Below, piece by piece: positions 41,851 to 54,127 of a stretch of DNA of 64,000 nucleotides. The position numbers were made by a program, and so were the translations under genes. This stretch comes from Octopus bimaculoides (taxonomy: Eukaryota): positions 118,783,195 to 118,847,194 of the forward strand of contig NC_068985.1 of assembly GCF_001194135.2 (NCBI RefSeq), read 5' to 3'. Under the pieces are notes generated by a model that saw only the letters and a list, made by a program, of their open reading frames with translations, was not told the origin of the DNA and did not search any database. The first letter of the stretch is position 1. Every line of letters starts with the position of its first letter.

Positions 41851-42439
41851 GAAAGTTGTTTACATAGATCTGTATTAGTGTTGCTGAAGCAATAGAAAAT
41901 TAAATATTTACCGATTTACTGCATTTAAATGTAAACAGGCACTATTCATTGGTTTTGTTCATATCATTTACTTTGAAGTTGAAAACAAAACACAAAACCA
42001 AAAAAAGCAACAAAAAAAAAATAACAACAAAAACACCATAAATTTTTTTTAAAATGCATTGATAAAACAAAATGAAAATATAAACCAAAATTAAAGAATG
42101 ATGTCCCAACAAAATTATTTTATCAATTATTGTAGTTAGTTATATAAAATAATACTTTTAGTGACTGCTGTTTGATTTATTCAATTATTGCGAGGTAATT
42201 TATCCTCCTCCACTTCCTCACCACCACCACTGCTGCCGCCACAGCCACCACTACCAACACCACCATTCTTATCTTCCTCCTTCACCACTTCCTCCACCAC
42301 ATCTTCATCCTCATTTAACATCCATTTTTCCATGTTGGCATGGGTCGGATGGTTTGGAAAATTCAATTACTTGGAGGACAAAGTTGTGCAACAATAACGT
42401 CTTTCTGCTTTGACATGGTTTCCATAGTTTGATACCTTC

Positions 42440-42780
42440 CTCAAACAGGACCCGAACAAGCTTGAGGTGTTCCAAATGCAGTCTCTTTTTCAGATCCTTG
42501 GTGTTTGTCTATGCAGCCAAATCTTAAACAACATTCGAGAACAATGCCAGTACAGGCTACAGTGGTTTTGTGGTGGCAACAATCCACTGGAAAGTTTAGC
42601 ACAGTGCACCAAAGAAGACATGGATGAAACAAATTGAAGACCTGAAATTGCAGTACCTCAACATGAAGCATGCTAAAGCCAGCACTATGGATCAGGAAGC
42701 ATGGAATAGCATTATCCATCACCAGTGTCCGTCATCCAGTGGCGTCCACAGTAGCATATTGGTTGAAAGGACAGCCTCCC
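42440..42780 (+). mobile_element. Decayed RTE-like LINE 3' fragment
   Basis: KLEVFQMQ..F.ILGV and KKTWMKQIEDL...MDQEAWNSII motifs. Confidence 0.6.
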
Positions 42781-43204
42781 CCTCCAGTTACCAGCTAGGG
42801 ACTTTTACTTACTATGTCAAGCACTTTACAGTGTGTGTATGTATGTGTGTGTATTCACAAGCTGCAAATTACTCTAATATTTAGGGTTGCAATATAAGGT
42901 ATGTGATCGTGATGGTGGTGGTAGGGAGTAATTCAAGAGCCACTTTAAGTAAGATTTTTCAAACCTGTGCATGCTGTCTGTCATGGAGAATGACTATGAT
43001 GCAGTGTAGATATGATGTTAAGAAGATTATCTTAGCTTTCACTCAGCTAACCAGCCAAGAAGTATTTCTTCTTGGATATAAGAAAGCATACTTTGTTTAT
43101 AGAGGATCTGATGGTGGTGGTAGGGGCAAACTAAGAAGCAAACTAACAAAACATATATTTGTGAGTTACTGACAAACAGTAGAGCAACCAGGTAACTTAT
43201 GATT

Positions 43205-44190
43205 TCTAAAAATTATCTTAGACCATTATCTTTGAATTCTAATAATGATTTATAACTATAATCTAGGATTTATAATAATTATATTTCGTTTTTGGATTTG
43301 GTTTGCAAGATTTTTTATGTGATTTCGTGTGCTGAAGCATATTCTGTTGTGTCTGGGGAGAGTCATTTTCTTATTGTGCCTTAAAATTTAACACACCCAC
43401 CGTCAAAATTTTCACTTATTTCTTATTTTTATTTTCCTAAAATTTTCGTTGCGTCTTGCAACCTTTTCAATAGTCTTGAAATAACAGACAGAGTCAAGAC
43501 TATTGAAAAGATTGCAAGACGCAACGAAAATTTTAGGAAAATAAAAATAAGAAATAAGTGGAAATTTTAACGGTGAGTGTGTTAAATTTTAAGGCACAAT
43601 AAGAAAATGACTCTCTCCAGACACAACAGAATATAATAATTATCTTTTTCCATTATTTTAAAATTCTTATGACTATCTTTAGGATTCTTTGATTCTAGCG
43701 ATTATCTGTGACCATAATCTATGAATTCTAATAGTAATCTTTGACTATAATCCAGGAATTCCAATAATTATCTTTTACTATTATATTTGAATTCTTGTGA
43801 TTGTCTTTGACTACAATCTTTTAATTCTAGTGATTATCTATGACATAATCTTTGAATTCTTGTAAAGTATTTGACTATAATCAAGGAATTCTAATAATTA
43901 CCTTTTACCAATATCTTTAAATTAATGATAATCTTTTATCATTATCTTTAAATTCTTGTGGTTGTTTTCACTATAATCTTTTAATTCTAGGGATTATTTT
44001 TGACTACACTCTTAATTCCAGTAATTATCTTTGACAACAATTTTTTAATTCGATTATCTTTGAAGTAATCTTTAAATTTTAGTGATTGATCTTGACTGTA
44101 ATCTTCGAATTCTAGCAATTATTTTTGACTATTATCCTTGAATTGTACTTATTATCTTTGACCATAATCTTGGAATTGTTTAGATTATCT
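43205..44190. repeat. Degenerate ~33-bp satellite interrupted by a fold-back element
   Basis: Repeated variants of attatctttgactataatctttgaattctagtg on both sides of 43283-43634. Confidence 0.75.
43283..43634. mobile_element. Fold-back element (141-bp arms, 14-bp loop), possibly a Penelope-type inverted insertion
   Basis: 43339-43479 is the reverse complement of 43494-43634, with a 56-bp unpaired extension on the left. ataataattat flanks both sides (43272-43282, 43633-43643). Confidence 0.75.
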
Positions 44191-44225
44191 TTGACATGAA
44201 AAACAAAGATGAGGAGAAATAAGCA

Positions 44226-44268
<43 letters not shown>

Positions 44269-44353
44269 NNNNNNNNNNCTGTATATGCCAGATAGTGGCC
44301 GAGGTGAAAGAATATATTAAAAAGTAAAATGAAAACAGAACACAAAGGATTCC

Positions 44354-44452
44354 GTGGTACACCTGTTTCAAGCTTTATACACAAACTGTCGTTGCATCAT
44401 TATATGAGTATATAATTGACAGAAAGGATGGTTTAAAGTTATCTTCAGCCGC
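44354..44452 (-). ncRNA. Minimal type I hammerhead-ribozyme-like motif (left arm of fold-back)
   Basis: Minus strand: GCGG-CUGAAGA-U-[AACUUUA...UAAAGCU]-U-GAAAC-AGGU-GUA-CCAC. Same architecture, with mismatches at different positions from the right arm. Confidence 0.5.
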
Positions 44453-44502
44453 AAACTGCACCAAATCCAGAACTACTTACCTCCCCCACACTGAAAATGT
44501 TT

Positions 44503-44601
44503 GCTGCTGAAGACAGCTTTAAACCATCCTTTCTGTCAATTATATACTCATATAATGATGCAACGACAGTTTGTGTATAAGGCTTGAAACACGTGTACCG
44601 C
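44503..44601 (+). ncRNA. Minimal type I hammerhead-ribozyme-like motif (right arm of fold-back)
   Basis: GCUG-CUGAAGA-C-[AGCUUUA...UAAGGCU]-U-GAAAC-ACGU-GUA-CCGC. Core boxes present, 7-bp stem II base, palindromic stem III ACACGUGU, GUA triplet, stem I with one mismatch. Confidence 0.55.
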
Positions 44602-45600
44602 GGAATCCTTTGTGTTCTGTTTTCATTTTACGTTTTAATATATATATATATATATATATATACAATAAAGTAAAGTTGTGGAATACCGTACGAGTGGAAA
44701 TATATATGAAAGAAGGTTTGAAAATGCACTTATTTTTTAAAAATATTTATTTACTTAACCNNNNNNNNNNNNNNNNNNNNNNNNNNNNNNNNNNNNNNNN
44801 NNNNNNNNNNNNNNNNNNNNNNNNNNNNNNNNNNNNNNNNNNNNNNNNNNNNNNNNNNNNNNNNNNNNNNNNNNNNNNNNNNNNNNNNNNNNNNNNNNNN
44901 NNNNNNNNNNNNNNNNNNNNNNNNNNNNNNNNNNNNNNNNNNNNNNNNNNNNNNNNNNNNNNNNNNNNNNNNNNNNNNNNNNNNNNNNNNNNNNNNNNNN
45001 NNNNNNNNNNNNNNNNNNNNNNNNNNNNNNNNNNNNNNNNNNNNNNNNNNNNNNNNNNNNNNNNNNNNNNNNNNNNNNNNNNNNNNNNNNNNNNNNNNNN
45101 NNNNNNNNNNNNNNNNNNNNNNNNNNNNNNNNNNNNNNNNNNNNNNNNNNNNNNNNNNNNNNNNNNNNNNNNNNNNNNNNNNNNNNNNNNNNNNNNNNNN
45201 NNNNNNNNNNNNNNNNNNNNNNNNNNNNNNNNNNNNNNNNNNNNNNNNNNNNNNNNNNNNNNNNNNNNNNNNNNNNNNNNNNNNNNNNNNNNNNNNNNNN
45301 NNNNNNNNNNNNNNNNNNNNNNNNNNNNNNNNNNNNNNNNNNNNNNNNNNNNNNNNNNNNNNNNNNNNNNNNNNNNNNNNNNNNNNNNNNNNNNNNNNNN
45401 NNNNNNNNNNNNNNNNNNNNNNNNNNNNNNNNNNNNNNNNNNNNNNNNNNNNNNNNNNNNNNNNNNNNNNNNNNNNNNNNNNNNNNNNNNNNNNNNNNNN
45501 NNNNNNNNNNNNNNNNNNNNNNNNNNNNNNNNNNNNNNNNNNNNNNNNNNNNNNNNNNNNNNNNNNNNNNNNNNNNNNNNNNNNNNNNNNNNNNNNNNNN

Positions 45601-45641
<41 letters not shown>

Positions 45642-45680
45642 CATATATATTAACACACACACACACACACACACATAGCA

Positions 45681-45719
<39 letters not shown>

Positions 45720-47152
45720 TGTCTGTATTTGTCCTCCATCACTGCTTGACAACTGGTGTCTGTGTGTCTGCATCCCTGTAACTTAGAGGCTTAAAAAAAA
45801 ACGAAAAGTACTGGGGTTGTTTTGTTTGACTAAAATTACTCAAGGTGATGCTCCCCCAGCATGGTCACAGCCTAACAACTGAAGCAAGTAAATAATAAGA
45901 TATAAAAGATATACAATACTATCAGAACTAAAATAAAAATGATTGTAATGTATGCATGTGTGTGTTTTCAACAGATATGGTAACTTACCTTGAAGGTAAG
46001 AATTTTATCACTAATCCACTATGTAACAAAATTTTAAGTTTTTAAATTTTCTATTGTTTTGTCTTTGGTCAGTAAGTATTTATTTCCTATTTGCTTTTAT
46101 CTAGAAATCAAAGGAAGTCACTACTATTCTCTTCAAACTTTGCTTTTGTGTTTTGGACATCAATGTTTTGAAACTGACCTATTTTCCATTACATTTCAGA
46201 CAAATTCAGCATTGAGTTGCTGAAGCAGAAATATTGTTATAGCAAATGTTCTGCTCAATACCACAGATTTGCTTGTCAGTTGCTTGACCTTAACCACATT
46301 GAGCATGTCCCTTAGTGGCTGACAACATGTGCATCTCTGATCATGAGCAGGAGTAGTGGGGAAGCATCACAGCCATGTGTTGAGAGGGATTCTTTGTGGT
46401 TTGAATAAATGCAACAAAATTACAGTTTGAAGGAAATATGAGCCATATTACATGCTTTCTAGGTATAGCAAATAGGAAATAACAGTTGCTACTCGAAGAT
46501 AAAAAATGTGTTACACAGTGTTATTATGTTTGTTATTATGCTTTTGTTGTATATCACCAGATTAAACCTCAAATAGATTTATGGCCAGTTTTGACTATTC
46601 TACTGTTTATTCAGACACAGCATATCTCAGACTATCTTACCCAATGTTTCCTTTCAAAATATTCTGTAGAGTGTGAGAAAAAAAAAAAAAAAAAATCTAG
46701 GTGGTATTTCTAGCAAGTCAAACGACTATGTAGAGGCTTCCTTGTTAGTTATTATATGCTATTACTGTCATAGGCATTGTCCACGAAGTGGGATTTTCTG
46801 CGTGTTTTACCATTTTTTTTCCATGATGACAATTGAATCAGAATTAGAAAATGAAATAGAGACACACAATTAAAACGATACTTCTGTACATAATATTATT
46901 ATATGTCGGAACATGGTAATTTCCCCAAGATGAATCTCTATGATTTCAAAGGAAGACAGGTGTAACATAAAGTGCTTTAAGAGCATCACCTGTGCAGTAT
47001 TTGTTTTCAGAATATCATAAAGGAGAAATGAAGTATACATATGTACATGATGAGCTATGGAATAAGTGTTTGTGTATATGTATATTCATATATGTGTGTG
47101 CTTGTATATTCATGTGTATATATGTGTGTGTATGGATGTGTGTGTGTATATG

Positions 47153-47211
<59 letters not shown>

Positions 47212-47412
47212 ATAGATATATATGTTAACAAATATATATATATTTGTAAACATACATTTCTATATATGGATATGTATTTATACAACAATGAATATGCATT
47301 AATGTACTTTCACACATATACATACACACATTATATGTATACACAGACACATGGATGTATATACATATATTTATATCTATCTATCTATATCTATATATAA
47401 ATATATCTTCAC

Positions 47413-47490
<78 letters not shown>

Positions 47491-48296
47491 TCAAATATGT
47501 GTATACACTTACACAAATGAAAATGGATATAAATATACATACCAAAACAAATCTATGTATTTATGTTACACACACACACAAATAATTGGAAATAGGTGTA
47601 TGTTTATGTGTGTGTGTGTGTGCAAATGTGCATATATGTGTATGAAACAGTGATACGTAATTACTAAAGAAGAAAAGCAAATATATACTTCAACAGCTGG
47701 TTGCAAGGAAAAAATAGCATGAGAGTATTTAGAATATATCTCATGTTGTTATTCCCATTATATCACAATTCTTATAAAAAAAAAAAAAAATCCCCTCTCT
47801 TCCTCCTCCTCCTCCTTCTCATCATCATTAGCAACATTATTGTCATTTGCTCTAGGTTACTGTCAGCTATTTTTGTGCTCCTTTATCATCTTTACAAGTT
47901 TGGGTTTTATAGGTCAGCAGTAACAGATTTTCTTTTTTCCTGTTTTTGCAAATTCTACCTATGCCATTTGTTAATTCCCGTATGAGTTCAATCTGATCAT
48001 TTCACACCAGATATTGAAAAACAAGACAGCATGCTTTAGAACTCACGTCACGTAGGTTTATGCATCACGTCATGCAAACTGTCTGCTCATTATATTCCTT
48101 GAATGGTTTATGCTCATCCATTCTTACTAATAAACATACAGAGAACACACACACACTCATACATGCATGCACGCACACATGTGCACACACACACGCACGT
48201 TCATACACACATATATGCATGCAGTTGTGGGTTTTGTGTTGGTGTGTTTGTCTCTGTGTCTGCACATGTGTGTGTATAGGCATGTGTACATATCTA

Positions 48297-48330
<34 letters not shown>

Positions 48331-48450
48331 CACACACACACATGTATGAATATGTATGAATACATATGTGTGTATGTGTGTGTGAACATCATCGCCATTA
48401 TTGAATGCTTTTTTTCCTTGTTGGCATGAGTTGGATGATACATACATATG

Positions 48451-49310
48451 CAGGGTGCGGTGAATAAGATGTTGTCTAAATTACGCAAAAATAAAAATAA
48501 TACTGATATCTCATTTTAACAGATATATTTACCAAAATTACATAAAAATATTTTGAAATACTAAAGAGTAAATTTATTCAATAAAATTGCCATTAGCTTC
48601 AACCATGGCCTCCAGACGATTTCGGAATCTCCTGCTATTATTCTGGATGCTCTCCTTGTTTAAGTTGGTGAATCCTTGCCTTTAGTTCATCTTTGGCGTT
48701 ACAAGGAGTTTTGTTGGTCAATCACTCAACTGCATACCACACATAATAACCAAGAGGGTTGCAGTCTGGGGAGTTAGGTGTTCAGATGTTAGGGGGTGAT
48801 GTGGTCGCAGAAATTGTCTGACTGCCATGACTGGGTTTTCTTGCTTGTGTGGCATGGTACAGGGTCCTGTTACCAGACATAGGGTCTTTCAGCAGCCACC
48901 CTGTTGACCCAGGGCAGCACTACCTCCTCCAGGCACTTGATGTAGGCCTCTGTGTTGAGTCTGTAGCCGTGTGGGAAGATGGATGGAGGCGTAACATTGC
49001 CATCATTAGTGAACAATCCAAATACCATGATGTTGACTCGATGTTTGATTTTTATCACTCTCAATCCATGTCATCAGATTGATACCCAAACACTCTGAAA
49101 TGTTCAAATTGGAGCTTCTGGCATGAATGCCAAGCAGTACCGCATGTTGTTTCTAAATTTCTGGCAGAATGAATTGCCTCATGGTGCTGTTTTTCTCACA
49201 GACGGTGCCCAATTGAGCCTACTATACTGTGTAGTTGACAATATCAAAAACAAACATTGTGCATGCACGGAATTAAAAATATAAAATGGCGACAATTTAC
49301 CTATTGCACC

Positions 49311-49313
<3 letters not shown>
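48451..49313 (-). mobile_element. Internally deleted Tc1/mariner (maT/DD37D-like) transposon
   Basis: KHRVNIMVFGLFTNDGNVTPPSIFPHGYRLNTEAYIKCLEEVVLPWVNRVAAERPYVWQQDPVPCH...NSPDCNPLGYYVW; imperfect TIRs cagggtgc / caaggtgc. Confidence 0.85.
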
Positions 49314-49353
<40 letters not shown>

Positions 49354-49450
49354 AATATATAATTAAGATTCAGTTGAATTAGGCACTTAAATTGAGGCAC
49401 CTTGCCAGTTCGGTATAGTCCCCACAGCTCCAAGTTAGGTGATCAGAATG

Positions 49451-49752
49451 TAAATAAGTAACAAGAATGTACAGGTGGTCTCAATAGATTACAGCCATTT
49501 ATGTATTATTTTCTAAACTCATTCTGCCACAGCTATAATATAAGGAAACAATGTAATTATTTTGCTTTCTATTATTGATGTAAATTTGTTAAAAATGGTT
49601 TATCCTTTATGTCTGAAAACTATCTGATCCATTTGCACTTGAAGAGAGCGGTTTATTTCAAACTGATGTAATGTTTTCATTGATCAATCAAATGGAACCA
49701 CTCGAAACAGCTGTAATGTATTGACACCTGTACATCTTTGTTACTTACTTAC
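49451..49752. mobile_element. Shorter member of the same long-TIR MITE family
   Basis: Inverted ends gtaaataagtaacaagaatgtacaggtg / cacctgtacatctttgttacttacttac; the interior matches the right arm of 50658-51309. Confidence 0.7.
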
Positions 49753-49916
49753 ATTATGCAGGAGTGGTTGTGTGGTAAGTAGCTTGCTTACCAACCACAT
49801 GGTTTCGGGTTCAGTCCCACTGCATGGTACCTTGGGCAAGTGTCTTCTACTGTAGCCTCGGGCCTACCAAAGCCTTGTGAGTGGATTTGGTAGACAGAAA
49901 ATGAAAGAAGCCCATC

Positions 49917-49953
<37 letters not shown>

Positions 49954-50338
49954 NNNNNNNNNNNNNNNNNNNNNNNNNNNNNNNNNNNNNNNNNNNNNNN
50001 NNNNNNNNNNNNNNNNNNNNNNNNNNNNNNNNNNNNNNNNNNNNNNNNNNNNNNNNNNNNNNNNNNNNNNNNNNNNNNNNNNNNNNNNNNNNNNNNNNNN
50101 NNNNNNNNNNNNNNNNNNNNNNNNNNNNNNNNNNNNNNNNNNNNNNNNNNNNNNNNNNNNNNNNNNNNNNNNNNNNNNNNNNNNNNNNNNNNNNNNNNNN
50201 NNNNNNNNNNNNNNNNNNNNNNNNNNNNNNNNNNNNNNNNNNNNNNNNNNNNNNNNNNNNNNNNNNNNNNNNNNNNNNNNNNNNNNNNNNNNNNNNNNNN
50301 NNNNNNNNNNNNNNNNNNNNNNNNNNNNCTAATATTAT

Positions 50339-50384
<46 letters not shown>

Positions 50385-50657
50385 TGGGTGTGTGTATGTG
50401 TGTGTGTGTGTGTATGTATATGATTGTGTGTCTGTGTTAGTCTCCACCATCATCACTTGACAACTGATGTTGGTGTGTTTATGTCCCCATGACTTAGCAG
50501 TTTGGCAAAAGAGACCGATAGAATAAGTACTAGGCTTACAAAGAATAAATCCTGGGGTCGATTTGTTCAACTAAAGAGGCAGTGCTCCAGCATGGCCGCA
50601 GTCAAATGACAAACACATAAAAGAATATATATATATATATATATATATAAAGCAAAT

Positions 50658-51309
50658 AAGTAACAAGGATGTCCAGGTATCAGTGCGTTATGGCCATTTC
50701 AAGCGGCTCCATTTAATCAATCAATGCAAACATCATCATCATCATTACATCAATTTGAAATAAACTGTTCTCCTCGGAGCATGCAACCATATAGATTTCC
50801 AGCATACAGGATACTCCATTATAATTATTTTCGCAAATTTTTCATCAGTACCAGAAACTAAAATATTAACATTGCTTCTTTTTGCTATTATTGTGGTACT
50901 ACCTTTATGTGGTAAGAGAGCACACACCCTTAAGGGGCACCAAAAACAATTATCAAGAGCTTACGCCCTTATGAGGCACCAAAAACAATTACTAAAAACT
51001 TGGTATATGCTTACCAAGTCATACTTGCTTGCAAACGATGTTGTGGTTATGCATAAATAATTTTTTCCCTAAATTCATTCTGCTACAATAATAGCAAAAA
51101 AGAAGCAATGTAATTATTTTAGTCTCTGGTACTGATGAAACCTTTGCTAAAAAATTATAATGGGGTATACCGTATGTTGAAAATCTATATGGTTGTATGT
51201 TCTGAGGAGAGTGGTTTATTTCAAACTGATGTAATGCTTGCATTAATTGATTAAATGGAGCCACTTGAAACGGCCGTAATGCACTGATACTTGGACATCC
51301 TTGTTACTT
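50658..51309. mobile_element. Long-TIR MITE / fold-back (~230-bp arms)
   Basis: 50658-50896 is the diverged reverse complement of 51083-51309 (aagtaacaaggatgtccaggtatcagtgc ... gcactgatacttggacatccttgttactt). Confidence 0.8.
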
Positions 51310-52058
51310 TTTTCGCTTTTTATTCACCTAACTTCATAGTGTGCAGACAATACCGGACTGACTTGGTGCTTCAACTTAAGTACCTAATTCAACTGAATCT
51401 TAGTTATTTCTGATATATATGTGTGTGTGAGTGTGTGTATACATATAAATATATGTATGTATGCATATATATATAAATATATATGTATACATACACACAC
51501 ATATACAGGCCTTGGGGCCCATTTCTGATCTATGCTGTGGGTTGCTATTAGTAAATAAACACTATAAGGCCCAGTGCATTGGTTTGCCTGGATTCCTGTA
51601 ATGATACTAAGACAGTCCTGTGAATCTGCATATGTATACACACATATATATGCATATTCCAGTGTCGAATGATTATTGACTTCATGCTGGTGTGGCCCTC
51701 CCTCTCTCCCACCAGCTGTTACAATCTTAATGCTCTGCCGGATGAAGGATGGAGAGACTGAGAAGGGGGGGGGGATCTATGTCTGCTTGCATCTACAGAG
51801 GCACCAAAAACAATTATCAAAAACTTGCTATGTGCGTACCAGGTCATACTTGCTTGCAAGTGATGTTGTGGCTATACATATATCTATCTATAATTACACA
51901 TACACACATATATCTGTAAATATATACATATACATGTGTGTATGTGTGTGTGTATCTGTGTGTATATATATACAAACATAGACATTTATATACATAAGTA
52001 TATATGAATACATATATTATTTACATATATATATATATTATATACATATATATGTGTA

Positions 52059-52094
<36 letters not shown>

Positions 52095-53827
52095 TAGTAT
52101 AACCGTGTCATCAAAAATTACAATAGCTATGGATTATAGTAACATATCCTTTGAAAATGGATGTGCTACTCAACATTGAAAATTTTCTTTAATTATTCAA
52201 ACTGTGTACATAATAGTAAAAAAGAAAATACCAATAACTCATAAATACAATACTTTGTTGCCTGCTAATCATAGTAGGTTGCAATTGTCTATCAACACAC
52301 AGAATTTAGTGGCTTCTGGTGTCCCAAAACCTCTACATTTGTAAGTGTCTTACTACAAGTTGGAGTAAACTCCTCCAAACATTGCATTACATCAAATAGT
52401 TTGGCCGATTCTTTCAGTTTGGGTAGTATTCTGGTGTTTAAGATATGTGATACAATAGGACTATTGTAAAAGTACCTAAGAAACTTATAAAGTTTGGCTG
52501 AACCTGCGAAATGTAAACTCATACATCTAACATCTATCTCTCTATTAAACCATTTGTACTTGTTTATATCTTTAATAAACAGGCTGCCAGATGACAACTA
52601 TCAAGCTCCTGGAGACTTGGTTGGTTGGTTGGCTGGTTGGTTGGTTAGTTTGAGAATGGGAGTCCTGGTAGTTGGTCTTCTATGGCGATTGGGTGTCTGC
52701 ACCAAGCTTGGCATCAATATGGTGCTGGAGAGGAAGCTCAACAGGACCAAGTTGTCTAAGGATGGTCAACTTGTCTAAGGATGGTCAATTCAGCACAGGG
52801 TGGAAACACAGCAGGCAAAAAACCCCATGTTGAGCAGTAGTGGGATTGTGCCTGTAAATAGTTGTTGGCTGGCAGCCTGTTCAATACAACTGAACATCTG
52901 TATCTTTACCTTATTATCTTTTACATTTTTCTGTTGTTGGAAGTGGCCATGCTTGGACACCATTTTAGAAGGTTTTAAGTTGAACAAATTTACCACAGTA
53001 TTAAAGCCTGGTACTTTACACACTATGTTATGGGGGTTGCAAACAAACCAGCAATGATTGTCGAGCAGTGGTGGGAGACAAACACAAACTCAAAGATAAG
53101 CGCACGTGCACACATGCACACATGCACACAGTTTTTATCTTGTAAATTTCAACCATAAAACATTGATCAGCTTCAAGACTAAGGTAGTTGACATGCACCT
53201 AAAGAGGTATCCAGTAAGATCAAACCCCAAATCATGTAATTTCAAAGCCTGCTTTTTAACTGCACAGCCATGGTCATTGTACCCATTAACTTTATGTAGC
53301 TTTGCAGCAATTTAACTATGCACACAGTAAGATATGCTTGACTTACTGTACAATATTTGACTTAGTCTATACAACCTTAGAAAATCACATTTATTGCTGT
53401 GATATTGGAAGCTGTAATGCACAAGTCTTTCTTAAGAATATTAGAGATGTAAGTGGTCTTCAAATAGAGAATTAAAATTGGAACAAGAATCTCTTTCTCT
53501 CTCTCTCTCTCACACACACACATACACACAGTCATAAAGAATACCCACATATGTATGCAAACATATTCGATTTCTATACATATATGTTCCAGCATTCTGT
53601 TAGAACATCACTTTCAAAATATTTGAACATCAATCAATATAAGATTTGAAACTAACATATAGACAAATAACAAGATAACAAAGAAAGGGTCGTAGTTGGT
53701 TAACTTGTCAATGTGTCAGAACCCTGGTCAAAGATTTGACAATTTATATCTGTTCAACAATGCTGCTCTGTATTCACGACCACCAAGATACTTAACTCTC
53801 TAAACCCCAATCAACCTAGCTATAAAT

Positions 53828-54127
53828 GCTTGTAGTTTATCTTCATTGATGACCTCTGGTCGCAACCATTTCACTTGACTTTAATTACATCTCAGATACT
53901 GTAAAGAAAAGGATGAACACTATAAGCAATCTCATTTCTTGTCTCTTTTGTAAATCTGAAGCCTTGTGTCCACCTAAGAAATTGATGTTATCTTACAAAG
54001 GCCTGATGATGATGATGCATCATCTTTACTATCTTTAGTGGCCTTTGTAAGATAACATCAATTTCTTAGGTGGACACAAGGCTTCAGATTTACAAAAGAG
54101 GTCATCAATGAAGATAAACTACAAGCA
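53828..54127. repeat. Perfect nested inverted repeat
   Basis: 53943-54003 pairs with 54040-54100 (61 bp, no mismatch seen); 53828-53857 pairs with 54097-54127; about 85 bp is looped out on the left side. Confidence 0.88.

Larger units (their letters stand above)
44313..44642. repeat. Fold-back (144-bp inverted arms, 42-bp spacer)
   Basis: 44313-44456 is the near-exact reverse complement of 44499-44642. Confidence 0.92.

Noticed and set aside
52292-52597. 101-aa minus-strand ORF (…IDVRCMSLHFAGSAKLYKFLRYFYN…)
   Set aside because: Only vague resemblance to either a P-element transposase start or a decayed RT; not FBXL16-like; cannot be assigned without an HMM search.
54004-54020. CUGAUGA inside the 53828-54127 hairpin spacer
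   Set aside because: Part of a (GAT)n microsatellite, with no GAAA partner or stems.
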